Virus record (IMG/VR): IMGVR_UViG_3300033232_000036 | Coordinates: 1 to 42,089 of that record | Length of the DNA: 42,089 bases | Source: a virus | Lineage: Duplodnaviria > Caudoviricetes | Reading direction: 5' to 3' (one strand) | Shown here: positions 18,594 through 28,582 of the stretch, piece by piece | Layout of the letters: every line of letters begins with the position of its first letter | How positions within the stretch are numbered: the stretch's first letter is position 1 | Program-made: the position numbers and the translations under genes | Notes under the pieces: generated by a model | What the model was told of the DNA's origin: nothing | Databases searched by the model: none | Seen by the model: the letters and a program-made list of their open reading frames with translations, nothing else

Positions 18594-18876
18594 ACGGGGT
18601 CTAACAGTGGATACGGAAGAATTTGATTTGTTCAAGTCGTTTCAGACTGATTTCAGGACCATGCGACTGGATGTCGCTGCTATAAAAGATGAAACAATGA
18701 AATTTATGGCAGGGCACGAAATCAGAATGTGCATGGTTGAAGGTGAAATTAAAATACTTAAGCCCATCATTGATACTAACAAATTATTCCGAAACGGCGT
18801 ACTCGCCGCAGGCACTGTTATCCTCGCGCTTGCAGCGCTTAAAAGCGAAATTGTGGCTTTTTTTGGTGGCGCTTGA
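18565..18876 (+). CDS. Coiled-coil protein with C-terminal TM helix (lysis-associated candidate; start may be GTG 18607)
   Basis: Helical N-terminal part followed by GVLAAGTVILALAAL. Confidence 0.55.
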   Translation: MLIYHPLKNKRGLTVDTEEFDLFKSFQTDFRTMRLDVAAIKDETMKFMAGHEIRMCMVEGEIKILKPIIDTNKLFRNGVLAAGTVILALAALKSEIVAFFGGA

Positions 18877-19038
18877 CTAATTATATCCGTGTATGTCCGA
18901 AAAAGTGTGGAAGATTAAGAACAGGCACACAGATATATTTAATTAGCCCAAAGATGGGAGATAAAATAAAATGTCCCGTTTGTGGGGCGACATTTGTAAT
19001 AGGAATGAGGCCGTTTTTAAAACCGGTGTGATATAATA

Positions 19039-19485
19039 ATGATATTTTGTACTAGTCAAGACGTAATAGATATAACGGGCACAACTCTAGACCCAAACAT
19101 TATTGACCGGCTGATAGCACGCGCCGACAATAAGATAAAAGCGATGATTGAAGGGGCTGGGTTGCCTGCGGTCGTCGGTGCAACCCCCTACAAGATTGAA
19201 GAAGCAAGTATCCACTTTTCGTCGGGGCTGGTTTTATCCCGCTCCATCGTTGACGGCACAACCCCCGAGTCGCTGGACGTGGAAAATACATCGGTTAAGT
19301 CGCCAATATTCAAGATGATACAAGAGCATAACCGCGAAGGCGTTGCAGCGGTATCGGCTTATATTGCACTTAAAATTGACACAACCATTCCCTCGGACTT
19401 CAAAGCGTTCGCCGTCGTTGGTAGGGGCGGGTCGCGCGAAGGGGCTTATTCAGTTATGTCAAGCAGCGAAGGCGACGAAACATGA
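19039..19485 (+). CDS. Head-tail adaptor
   Basis: FCTSQDV...LIARADNKI N-terminal pattern and gene position. Confidence 0.7.
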   Translation: MIFCTSQDVIDITGTTLDPNIIDRLIARADNKIKAMIEGAGLPAVVGATPYKIEEASIHFSSGLVLSRSIVDGTTPESLDVENTSVKSPIFKMIQEHNREGVAAVSAYIALKIDTTIPSDFKAFAVVGRGGSREGAYSVMSSSEGDET

Positions 19486-19823
19486 ATTTAATCGACAACG
19501 GTATCACCCAACACGGCACGGAAGTCACATTAAAGACCGTTATCGTGACCGATTCCCAAGACGTTTACGGAACGGCGACACAGACGTACACCGAGAGTTC
19601 CATTGATGTTATGATAGGTGCGCCGGTCAAAAACGACCGTATGCTCGTCATGGGGTTTATTGGTTCGGGTGATATGGTTGCAACAGTGAAGTCCACACAG
19701 GCCATAAAAGAAGGGGATATATTAGTATACGATTCAGTTGATTGGGTGGTCGTGAACGTTGCTGTCATTGATTATAAAAATATAACATCTCATAAACGGG
19801 TCGGGCTTAAACAGGTGCCTTGA
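19482..19823 (+). CDS. Head-closure protein
   Basis: D.YG...Y.E and IKEGDILVYD..DW.V motifs, plus position. Confidence 0.7.
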   Translation: MNLIDNGITQHGTEVTLKTVIVTDSQDVYGTATQTYTESSIDVMIGAPVKNDRMLVMGFIGSGDMVATVKSTQAIKEGDILVYDSVDWVVVNVAVIDYKNITSHKRVGLKQVP

Positions 19824-19824
19824 C

Positions 19825-20172
19825 ATGGTTATTAAAGTCACAATCAAAGGCGCCAAAGGCGCTAAAAAACAACTGACTGACATTGAAAAATCGATAATAG
19901 TTAATGCAGAAAACGAACTGCTTAAGTCGGTTTATATCCTTGAACGGGATTTGGTTAAAGGCAGCCCTGTTGATACAGGGCGGTATCGGCTCGGGTGGAG
20001 GATTATTAAGATTTCTAAATATTCTTACGAGATACGGAACTCGGTTGAGTACGCGGTACATTTAATATTTGGAACGGTTTATCGTGGCATACTGCATGAC
20101 GTGCGCGGCGTGGTAAGATATTGGAAGGCCCACACATACACAAAAGCGCTCGCGTCAGTTATCAAAAAGTGA
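19825..20172 (+). CDS. HK97 gp10-like neck protein
   Basis: SPVDTGRYR.GW...NSVEYAVHL.FGT. Confidence 0.85.
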   Translation: MVIKVTIKGAKGAKKQLTDIEKSIIVNAENELLKSVYILERDLVKGSPVDTGRYRLGWRIIKISKYSYEIRNSVEYAVHLIFGTVYRGILHDVRGVVRYWKAHTYTKALASVIKK

Positions 20173-20252
20173 CCTTAGACAAGTTTTTATAAGACCGGCC
20201 CATTATTATAATTGAGCAAGCGCTCGTTTATATATCATAGAGGCAAGGGCCG

Positions 20253-20738
20253 ATGACGAATGAAAACCTGTATTCTGATGTAGTTACTGGAATTGTAACT
20301 GTTTTAAGAGCCAATATCTCCGACCCCGACACGGTACGCAGTGGGGCGAATAAAAAGTTCATATACGACAGGTTTCCACACGCCGCAACTGGAATGCCTC
20401 GCATATCCGTGACAGTGTTACCACATGGCGATACAAACAACCTTGATATTATTTCTAATGACGAGTTAATCCGCTTGCAGGTACAAATCGATATATGGAC
20501 TGACTTAAAAAGTACCTACACAATCGGAGCCGGTGGGTCTTATAACAAATCAAAACTCCTTGATTATTTAGCGGGGCACGTTAGCAAAGTTATGAAGACC
20601 CAAGGCGCCGCGCTTAAAACATACAATATCCACAACGTGATTCGTACCCGCCCCTTCGGCGCGATGGATGCAGGCGCTGACAATTTAATGCGCTCGCTCG
20701 GCGAATACGAAATAACATATCATCAGACATATTCTTAA
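20253..20738 (+). CDS. Tail terminator protein
   Basis: IYDRFP....PRISV and LQVQIDIW, positioned before the tail tube gene. Confidence 0.7.
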   Translation: MTNENLYSDVVTGIVTVLRANISDPDTVRSGANKKFIYDRFPHAATGMPRISVTVLPHGDTNNLDIISNDELIRLQVQIDIWTDLKSTYTIGAGGSYNKSKLLDYLAGHVSKVMKTQGAALKTYNIHNVIRTRPFGAMDAGADNLMRSLGEYEITYHQTYS

Positions 20739-20754
20739 ATAAAGGTGAAAATAA

Positions 20755-21654
20755 ATGGCAATACTGGACGGAACAGCAGCAAAGTCAATAGAATTTGTGG
20801 ACGAAATTGCATTCGGCACATTCCCCACAAACCCGACTATGTTAGGGTTCGGCGGATACGCGAACCCCGTATCGATTAAGAAGACAATGGTGCCGGAAAC
20901 ATTTGCATATCTGAAAGGTGCGGGCGGTACGAACCGTTTACAGGCAACTGAAACCGTCAAAGTATCCGAGGCGTTTGAGGTCAGTTTAGAAGTACGCCCA
21001 GTCAACTGGACAATGCTGCCAAGGATTTTAAAAGCATCAGGGCCGACCGTATATGCAATCGGCGACACGAATTATGATGTGGCATTCGGGGTCCGCATTG
21101 GTTCAGAGTATGAATCCCTCGTTGGCGGGGTATTTAGTAAATACGAATGCACCATTGAGGAAGATAAAACAGTCGTATCAAACATTACGGCATTATGTGC
21201 CGCGACGAACGGCTTCGGTTTAACATATCTCGGCACCGGCAGCCACGCAGCAGACCCAGCGGGCGACGCGTTGACTTATGGCGACATGAGTTCCGTACTC
21301 TATGACGCGGCTGCAATAAGTACACATGAGGCGGTTTTGGATAGTGTAAAATTTGGAATTGAGTACCCCGTGAAGCCGGTTAAGGATATAACGAGTACAC
21401 TCGCTTCAAATGTTGGAGGTTGGTCATTTGGTCAGCGTAACATCACTCTTGAACTCGGCTTAAGTTTAGAAGCGATGGATTTGGCGGCTGATATGCTCGC
21501 CGGCGCGGGCCACACTTTCGCCTACACCCTCGGCGGCAAAACATTCACATTCTCTAATGTTAAATGGATTGGCGACTTTGACCAAAAACTAGACGCTGAT
21601 GACTGTTTGGGGATGGAACTTAAGGCAGAGTATGTCGACCTCGTAATATCATAA
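20755..21654 (+). CDS. Major tail tube protein
   Basis: E..FGT.P N-terminus, 299 aa beta-rich, RBS GGTGA, and position. Confidence 0.75.
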   Translation: MAILDGTAAKSIEFVDEIAFGTFPTNPTMLGFGGYANPVSIKKTMVPETFAYLKGAGGTNRLQATETVKVSEAFEVSLEVRPVNWTMLPRILKASGPTVYAIGDTNYDVAFGVRIGSEYESLVGGVFSKYECTIEEDKTVVSNITALCAATNGFGLTYLGTGSHAADPAGDALTYGDMSSVLYDAAAISTHEAVLDSVKFGIEYPVKPVKDITSTLASNVGGWSFGQRNITLELGLSLEAMDLAADMLAGAGHTFAYTLGGKTFTFSNVKWIGDFDQKLDADDCLGMELKAEYVDLVIS

Positions 21655-21683
21655 AATCAACAGAAATAGAAGGAATTGAAACA

Positions 21684-22190
21684 ATGGCAAATATCGTGAT
21701 AAATGGAACAGACATTGACCTGCATGAGCGACCTAAACATAGCGCCGTCATGGCCGTACAGAATTTTATGACGGATTGGTTATTAAGCCGAATCGATGTC
21801 GCCGCGCTTGATTTAGATGCAGGCACCGACCTTGAATCAACTATCAAACAAGCAATGGTCGTAGACCCTACTCTTCTGCAAGAGTTAACCCTGATGCAGA
21901 AAACGCTAGCAATCGACCAGACAATTATACTGTCCACAGGGCTGACCACAAAGGAATTGACCGCGCTTAAGGACGATATGTATGAGGACGAATACATGAA
22001 TCTTTATGAGCGTGCAAAGGAAGCGCTCGGGGGTGATGCAGCGGATTTTTTCGGGCGTTACGTTACAAATATGACCTCGAAAGTGGAGCCAGCACTGGAC
22101 GCGAACATTACGGTCCTGATTGTGAAGATAGATACGCTGATAAACCTATTACAATCGGGGACATCAATAAATCAGCACATCGATTTATAA
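21684..22190 (+). CDS. Tail assembly chaperone (gpG-like)
   Basis: Follows the tail tube gene and contains the slippery site T TTT TTC at 22046-22052. Confidence 0.75.
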   Translation: MANIVINGTDIDLHERPKHSAVMAVQNFMTDWLLSRIDVAALDLDAGTDLESTIKQAMVVDPTLLQELTLMQKTLAIDQTIILSTGLTTKELTALKDDMYEDEYMNLYERAKEALGGDAADFFGRYVTNMTSKVEPALDANITVLIVKIDTLINLLQSGTSINQHIDL

Positions 22191-22369
22191 AAGATATAAA
22201 TCTTGCTCTTAACGGAAAGCGGATAAATGAACCACGGCTTCGCGATTACATGCTGTGTAAACACATGCGCATATCGAAACAAACCCTCGACGACATGGCC
22301 GAGGACGATGTGCAAGCGTGGCAATGGATTATGAAACGCGAACAGAAACATACAACAAAAGGAAAATAA
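22046..22369 (+). CDS. -1 frameshift extension (gpGT-like)
   Basis: The -1 frame is open from the slippery heptamer to TAA 22367-22369: FRALRYKYDLE...DYMLCKHMRISKQTLDDMAEDDVQAWQWIMKREQK. Confidence 0.75.
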   Translation, partial: FFRALRYKYDLESGASTGREHYGPDCEDRYADKPITIGDINKSAHRFIKDINLALNGKRINEPRLRDYMLCKHMRISKQTLDDMAEDDVQAWQWIMKREQKHTTKGK

Positions 22370-22442
22370 TCTACCGGCGGCGCGTTGTATTGTGTTCTAT
22401 GCAATACCGCGCGATATGGTGCTAATACAGAAGGAGGAAAAT

Positions 22443-23603
22443 ATGGGTTTTTATATTGGGGCTGTTTATCTCCCCTATGTATCGGAATTTTCGGTTGACA
22501 ACCAAGCAAAAACCATCGAAGTCGTGAAGCATTTGGGCGCAATCCCTCCCCACGTGGCCGAGTTTAAAACCGACGTCAGATTGTTAAATATCGAAGGGAC
22601 GCTAATGCAGGCAAACGGCACGGTCAAAACCGTTGAAGAATACGCCGAAGATATAAACGCATTAATTGGTCAACCGGCCGCGTTCAATTCAATTTATAAT
22701 ATTATGGGCCGAACCGGCTGGGCCGTGGTTAAGGCAGCGGCAGCACCAAAGACGGCCGACGAAGGCGATACCCGAAAGTTTACTGCAAGCGGGCTATTCA
22801 TGCCAAAAAGCAAATATCAAACCAGAATGCGAACAGTGCCTGCCATCAGGGCGAATCCGTTTGGGTTTACTCTAGGAGTCAACGACTGCGATAATTATGT
22901 TGCAATCCCAATCGGCGCAACGTATACCGGCGGAGATGGAAGCACCATCACGCGCGCCGGCGAAGATGGAGATGTGACGTTGGTTCTTGCAACTGCTTTA
23001 AACAACATTAATTTCGACGTGCCCAAGGCTGACGTTAATAACGGTGAGGTCAAGATATGGGACGAAATGGGTGAGGCACTAGAAGCCGACTGGGTGCGCG
23101 TTTATAATGTAGACCATGAATTTATCGGCAAGGCGGTTATCCAAAACAGCCTCTATCGTGTGATTTTAAATAAAACGAACGGGTATATCTCGGTTTACAG
23201 GTTCACGACTGTATGGACGTTAATTGAAAATTTTACATGTGGCACTTTCAACCATGTGCAACTAAAAACCATTAATGACGATAAACTGACCCTTAACTTA
23301 AGTAGCGGGGTAGAGATTACGGTTCGTAGGGGGCATCCGATTTTAATTGACACAGGGGCCGACGCCCTGCTCGCGGTTACGCTCACTCCCGCCGACCAAA
23401 CCACAACGACCGAGAATTATTTGGTATTGGCTGCGAATACATACATTTGCAGCGATGCGGTTTTTAGTATCGTAAACATTACTAAGAATCTCGGAAGCGG
23501 CAAAAAGTGGATATATTACGAGGCTTACGCACCCACTGCCGAGGACATTGCTCATCAGGCAATGGTAGACCAAAACCTAACCCGAGAATTAATAATCCGG
23601 TGA
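22443..23603 (+). CDS. Tail protein (distal-tail-like N-terminus plus beta-rich domain)
   Basis: RBS AAGGAGG, beta-rich 386 aa, within the tail operon. Confidence 0.6.
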   Translation: MGFYIGAVYLPYVSEFSVDNQAKTIEVVKHLGAIPPHVAEFKTDVRLLNIEGTLMQANGTVKTVEEYAEDINALIGQPAAFNSIYNIMGRTGWAVVKAAAAPKTADEGDTRKFTASGLFMPKSKYQTRMRTVPAIRANPFGFTLGVNDCDNYVAIPIGATYTGGDGSTITRAGEDGDVTLVLATALNNINFDVPKADVNNGEVKIWDEMGEALEADWVRVYNVDHEFIGKAVIQNSLYRVILNKTNGYISVYRFTTVWTLIENFTCGTFNHVQLKTINDDKLTLNLSSGVEITVRRGHPILIDTGADALLAVTLTPADQTTTTENYLVLAANTYICSDAVFSIVNITKNLGSGKKWIYYEAYAPTAEDIAHQAMVDQNLTRELIIR

Positions 23604-23611
23604 CCCCCCCC

Positions 23612-25891
23612 ATGACAGCGATTGACGATATTATAATCAAAATCGACGCCGATATTAAAGGCGCGCTTGCAGGGCTTACAGCGGTCGACAAGGCAGTCGG
23701 GAATATGGACTCGGCCGTTGGTAAAAGCGCGGCGGGTATACGCAAGGCAACCACGGCAATCGTTAAATCGTTCGCTTTGGTTGGTGCAGCGGCCGCTGTA
23801 GGGCTCACTGTGGTCGTCGGGAAGGCAACCATGGCATTCGGGGACTTTGAGCAGGCTGTAACGAATGCTGCGAGCGTTACAGGCCAGAGCGGCGCACAAT
23901 ACGAATCCACAAAGGAAAATATAGCCGCATTATCAAAAACCCTTGGCGAAACGACTGTATTCAGTGCAAGCCAAGCAGCGAGCGCGATGTATGATTTGGC
24001 GTCGGCAGGTTATGACGTTGGAACAATGGTCAAAAGCGATTTAAAACCGATTCTTGATTTAGCAGCGGCAACTCAGTCCGATTTAACATTCGCGACCGAA
24101 ACCGTCACGTCAACGCTCGGTCAGTTTGGGTTGGGAATCGAGAACAGTGACCGTATCGCTGATGTGTTTGCAAAAACAATCGGAAGTAGTAAAGCGACTA
24201 TTGAGGCTTTGTCAAATTCACTAAAATATGTCGGCCCCGTGGCAAAAAGCATCGGTATGGAAATTGAAGATGTTAATGCTATCCTCGGGCAGTTATACAA
24301 TTCGGGTTTTAAGGGTGAACAGGCGGGCACCGCGCTTCGTGGAGCGTTAGCCAAGTTACTCAACCCCACGAGCGCCGTTAATGGCATACTGACCGATTTA
24401 GGCATCACATACGACCAAGTTAATCCCGCGACAACAAACTTCGCAGATACACTGACACTATTGAAGAACAGCGGTATAGACTCAAACCAAGCGATGGCGC
24501 TATTTGGTACAGAGGCCGCGCCGGCTATGATGGCATTAATGTCAAACACCGACGGCATATACGAACTTGAAGCCAGCCTCCGCAGCGCGGGCGGCGCCGC
24601 CGAAGACATGGCTGATAAACAACTTGATACGCTAAAAGGAAGTCTTACATTATTGAAATCCGCGCTAGAAGGATTGATGTTAACTATTGGGGAAATGGCG
24701 GGCCCTGTAATTCGCAAATTTGCCGACAGTTTGAGCGGCGCGCTGCCAACTATCCAAAGGTTGGTCAGTGAAGGGTTTGTTAAACTTAAAAAGATTATAA
24801 CCGAACTCGCGCCAACATGGGACAATTTAAAATCAATCGCCTCATCAAGCATTGGCATATTAAAAGACGTATTTAATGCTTTCAAAAGTGGTAACGATGA
24901 ACCCCTTGATTTCGTAGGAATAATAAACGACCTGACGACAGCACTGGCAAAGGTCTTTAAGTGGATTGATGAACACCCATCAATCACCAAACTCGCGGTC
25001 GCGCTCGGTGTTGCTGTGGTTGCGTTTGCCTATATACTTCCAGTCGTTGCGGCGGTCGTCGGTGCATTGGTTACAGTTGGCGCGGCCGTTGGAAGCGCGG
25101 CGGCATTCTTTGCAGGCGGCGGAACTATTGTGACCGCGCTAGGAATCGCAATCGCGGCGCTTGGTGGGCCCATAACGATAATAATTGTAGCGATAGCACT
25201 GCTCGCGGGTGCATGGGCCACAAACCTATTCGGCATCAGAGATAAAACCGCTTCAGCGGTTGAAACGATTAAATGGTGGATATTTTCGTTTAAACAGGCA
25301 ATCTCCGAGAATATGGAATTGATTAAAACAATATTATCCCTAGCTCTCGGCCCGATTGGATGGATAATTACCGCGTTTCAAAACTGGGATAAGATAAAGG
25401 ATATCGTTGGTAAGATATCCACATTCCTCAGTGATGCAATGCTTGAACTCGCAACCGGTGCGTTTGATTGGGGGAAAAACATCATAGTCGGCGTTATTGA
25501 TGGAATAATGTCCATGTATACTGGCATTCAAGACGCGGCAGCAGGCGTCGCTAATGTAATCAAAGATTACCTCGGATTCGGCAGCCCCACGAAAAAAGGG
25601 CCCGGACGCGACGTTATGAGCTGGGGGCCTAATATGGTCAAGGGCTTTGTGAGTGGCATCGAGAACAACATCGGCAGCGTAAATCAAGCATTTAACAGAT
25701 TAACCGGCCCACTGGGTCAACAGGGCGGCGCGGCGGCTGGGGTGGGAGTTGCTGGCGGCGCCTCGCAGGTTTACAATACTTTCAAAGTTACCATCCGCGA
25801 CACGGTAATTCGGGAAGATGCTGACATTGATAAATTGGTCGTAACCATGGAACGCAAACTCGCCGAAAATGGTAGGGGTGTATCGTTTTGA
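23612..25891 (+). CDS. Tape measure protein (TP901-type core), ~759 aa
   Basis: LGETTVFSASQAASAMYDLASAG, LKYVGPVA, GFKGEQAGTALR and a hydrophobic Ala/Gly region. RBS GGTGA before ATG 23612. Confidence 0.95.
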   Translation: MTAIDDIIIKIDADIKGALAGLTAVDKAVGNMDSAVGKSAAGIRKATTAIVKSFALVGAAAAVGLTVVVGKATMAFGDFEQAVTNAASVTGQSGAQYESTKENIAALSKTLGETTVFSASQAASAMYDLASAGYDVGTMVKSDLKPILDLAAATQSDLTFATETVTSTLGQFGLGIENSDRIADVFAKTIGSSKATIEALSNSLKYVGPVAKSIGMEIEDVNAILGQLYNSGFKGEQAGTALRGALAKLLNPTSAVNGILTDLGITYDQVNPATTNFADTLTLLKNSGIDSNQAMALFGTEAAPAMMALMSNTDGIYELEASLRSAGGAAEDMADKQLDTLKGSLTLLKSALEGLMLTIGEMAGPVIRKFADSLSGALPTIQRLVSEGFVKLKKIITELAPTWDNLKSIASSSIGILKDVFNAFKSGNDEPLDFVGIINDLTTALAKVFKWIDEHPSITKLAVALGVAVVAFAYILPVVAAVVGALVTVGAAVGSAAAFFAGGGTIVTALGIAIAALGGPITIIIVAIALLAGAWATNLFGIRDKTASAVETIKWWIFSFKQAISENMELIKTILSLALGPIGWIITAFQNWDKIKDIVGKISTFLSDAMLELATGAFDWGKNIIVGVIDGIMSMYTGIQDAAAGVANVIKDYLGFGSPTKKGPGRDVMSWGPNMVKGFVSGIENNIGSVNQAFNRLTGPLGQQGGAAAGVGVAGGASQVYNTFKVTIRDTVIREDADIDKLVVTMERKLAENGRGVSF

Positions 25892-27717
25892 GCAGCGGGA
25901 TAGAGATTAACTTTGATGCTGTAATGGGAACCACGGCGGTCGGGCTGGCAGACATAACCGAAATAGACGAATTAAATCAGATTTCGACATTTACAGCCAC
26001 ACTTGCCAATACAACAACAAACCGCGCAACCGTCGCGGCAAATATCTCGACACCGTTTAAGATTTACCATGACGGGGCGTTGGTTTTAACAGGGCGCGTC
26101 GACGTAGATAAAATAGTTTACACCCAAACAACAATCGTTCTATCCGGCTATGCATCATATATCGATTTACATTTCGTGTTTTTTAGCCGCGACCAAGGGC
26201 AATATGACATCAGGCGAGTTCAATTCGATAACACGCAGGCCGACACCATACTCGGGTTTATTGTTGCTGGCACGGGTTACACCGTGGTCGAGTGCCCTTC
26301 TACTCTAATTTCGTTACGGGGTGAATATGAGTCTAAACTGCAATGGATTTCAGCCGTCGCGAAAGCCTGCAAGTATGTTTATTCAGGGAATACTTATTCA
26401 TGCGATTGGTGGATTGATACCGCCGGCGGAGTGCATATAAAACAGGAGCGAGGCAGTGCACGCGGAGTTCTTAATTTAACTGATGCGCTTGAACGTGAAT
26501 TGGACTTCGCTGGCATCCAAAACGCAGCGTATGGCAGCGGATACGGCGATGGAATTAACCAATTAAGCGCCGTCAAAACAAATGCTGCCAGCGTTGCAAC
26601 ATATAATTCGCGCGAAGTGCGTAAAATTGACAGGCGTTTTATGAAACAGGCGGCGCTTGATGATGAAATGCAAGAGCACGTAGACACGCATTCCAATCCA
26701 GTCGAATCAATACCATGCAGCATCACGACGGCTGATTGGTACGGATTAGGGTTATCGGTCGGCGATACGGTTACAATTTCTGACGAAACCACAGGTATCG
26801 ATGGAACGTATAGGATAAAGCGTGCCACAATCACACCAGTTATCACAGTCATCGAAATTACAAACACCGTCGCGCGCTTAACTTCTGAAATACAGGATAT
26901 TAAGCGGCAACTTTACATCGACGGCGGATACATGCAGGGGCAAACAGTGCCCTTAAATTATAGCAATATGGACAACGTGCAAGACGGATTTCCATTGAAA
27001 CTTAATCTGCACATTCCAAACAAAACGGTCGCGATTAATGCAGCATACATTAGTTTTGATATTGAATTGTTTAGAGCATACAGCACGGCTTCAAGCGAGG
27101 AATCGGCGCACAAACACGAATTTATAATAAAAACCTACCATTGGGACGACATCGTTACAAATTTATCCGGCGCAATCGACAACACAGTGACTACGATTAA
27201 CGTTGTTAGCACAGCCGATTTTCACACATGGGGGACTATATATATTGACAACGAAGCGATTACATACAATAGCAAAACCCCCACAAGTTTCACAGAATGT
27301 ATGCGGGGGACAGGCGGCACCGTCGCAGCGGCACACCTTGACGCAGCCATGGTCGATGGCCCCTCTTTCATGCTTGGTGGGTTTTACGATGATTTAGGGA
27401 TTCCAGCGATTAAGATGGGGGGATTCGGAAACGATTCACCACTTAAAAACGAAACCTCCGAGGCTGGAAGTGCACATACGCACGTTCCAAATTACGGTAT
27501 CATGGAGAATACCGACAACACGCCAAATATTTCAATCCTCATCGATACGATTGATAGAACCGTGGCTCTCGGGGGCCCGTGGACGGTGGACGTTGAAGAA
27601 TTAGATATAACAAATTATATTCAATCAACGGGCAAACACACAATAGAATTATTAAGTTCAAAACTCGGGCGGCTTACTGCCGATATATGGCTGCAAGTGT
27701 TTATTCAGTCTGACTAG
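25888..27717 (+). CDS. Tail hub / baseplate-like protein
   Basis: Follows the tape measure gene. Contains G.G.G and GLSVGDTVTI.D...GIDG.YRI, with a C-terminal insertion GTIYIDNEAITY...RGTGGTVAAAH. Confidence 0.75.
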   Translation: MSSGIEINFDAVMGTTAVGLADITEIDELNQISTFTATLANTTTNRATVAANISTPFKIYHDGALVLTGRVDVDKIVYTQTTIVLSGYASYIDLHFVFFSRDQGQYDIRRVQFDNTQADTILGFIVAGTGYTVVECPSTLISLRGEYESKLQWISAVAKACKYVYSGNTYSCDWWIDTAGGVHIKQERGSARGVLNLTDALERELDFAGIQNAAYGSGYGDGINQLSAVKTNAASVATYNSREVRKIDRRFMKQAALDDEMQEHVDTHSNPVESIPCSITTADWYGLGLSVGDTVTISDETTGIDGTYRIKRATITPVITVIEITNTVARLTSEIQDIKRQLYIDGGYMQGQTVPLNYSNMDNVQDGFPLKLNLHIPNKTVAINAAYISFDIELFRAYSTASSEESAHKHEFIIKTYHWDDIVTNLSGAIDNTVTTINVVSTADFHTWGTIYIDNEAITYNSKTPTSFTECMRGTGGTVAAAHLDAAMVDGPSFMLGGFYDDLGIPAIKMGGFGNDSPLKNETSEAGSAHTHVPNYGIMENTDNTPNISILIDTIDRTVALGGPWTVDVEELDITNYIQSTGKHTIELLSSKLGRLTADIWLQVFIQSD

Positions 27718-27726
27718 GAGGGAAAC

Positions 27727-27921
27727 ATGTCAAGAATATTATTACCAAACGGACAAAACATAGCCGACGTCGGCGGGGGCGTACAAAACCCCATGAATAA
27801 AGATTTAGATGCAGCGGGTTTTAAGATATTTGGAATTAACACCGTTGCAGGCATTGCAGGCGCGAACATGATTGTTGAAGTGCCGGTAGGGTTTTCTATA
27901 ATTTTTAAGAGGCCAGCATGA
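27727..27921 (+). CDS. Small tail-associated protein
   Basis: RBS GGAGG and DLDAAGFKI fibre-like motif. Confidence 0.6.
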   Translation: MSRILLPNGQNIADVGGGVQNPMNKDLDAAGFKIFGINTVAGIAGANMIVEVPVGFSIIFKRPA

Positions 27922-28568
27922 CCGAAGGCACCATAACAAGTTCAACGCAAGGTTTCGTCAAAGCGGAAGTGCAATTAGAAGACGGCACATATCTTGAAAC
28001 GTTCGTTGGAGGCACCCCTGCATCAACGCCAATCAACGAATCCGTTGGTCAAGCGTTCACAGCCACAAAGGCCTTCAGCCGAATTAAAGTTGTAATCGCC
28101 AACGGTGGCGGGAATAAACTCGGGTTCGCAGTATATGACGGACCAGCAAAAACAAACTTATTACACAATGTGCCAATCGCCGGCGCGGGGGTTAGCAGTG
28201 TCGCCCATGTTGTATTTGATGCAATGCCAGCCGGTTCATATTATTGGGAGATTGTGGTTTTAAGCGGCTCGGGTACAACTTACATTTCATGCATGGCGGG
28301 TTCATCAATAAAAACAGCATACACAGACGGCACACTTGATACCTCGATTGATTTTAAGTCAAAAATAATGTATTCAGCGGCGGCCGTCATTGCTCCGCTT
28401 GCAATAGAGGGAGACGTGGTTGATTCAGGCATTACAACCGTCGCCGCAACTGACAATATCTTTGCCGTACAGGTCGGCGAAGTGGTTGGAAATCTTGCAT
28501 GTGTCGGGGATGCGCTCAACAATGGAGGAATAATCATTTCAGGCGCATGGTTTATCAATACAGAATAG
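27918..28568 (+). CDS. Beta-rich tail/adsorption protein
   Basis: VGQAFTA...LGFAVYDG...AGSYYWEI jelly-roll-like pattern and an ATGA overlap. Confidence 0.6.
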   Translation: MTEGTITSSTQGFVKAEVQLEDGTYLETFVGGTPASTPINESVGQAFTATKAFSRIKVVIANGGGNKLGFAVYDGPAKTNLLHNVPIAGAGVSSVAHVVFDAMPAGSYYWEIVVLSGSGTTYISCMAGSSIKTAYTDGTLDTSIDFKSKIMYSAAAVIAPLAIEGDVVDSGITTVAATDNIFAVQVGEVVGNLACVGDALNNGGIIISGAWFINTE

Positions 28569-28582
28569 AAGGAGGATAATAT

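Noticed and set aside
21651-21683. ATAAAATCAACAGAAATAGAAGGAATTGAAAC as another CRISPR-like repeat
   Set aside because: It ends in ATTGAAAC but has no stem and doubles as the RBS region. Other ATTGAAAC hits (e.g. ~6127, 33583, 36952, 41704) are inside coding sequence.
24121-24990. Long minus-strand ORFs (e.g. 24121-24990, 15603-16124, 39234-39818)
   Set aside because: These are antisense shadows of well-supported plus-strand genes, with no motifs or RBS.
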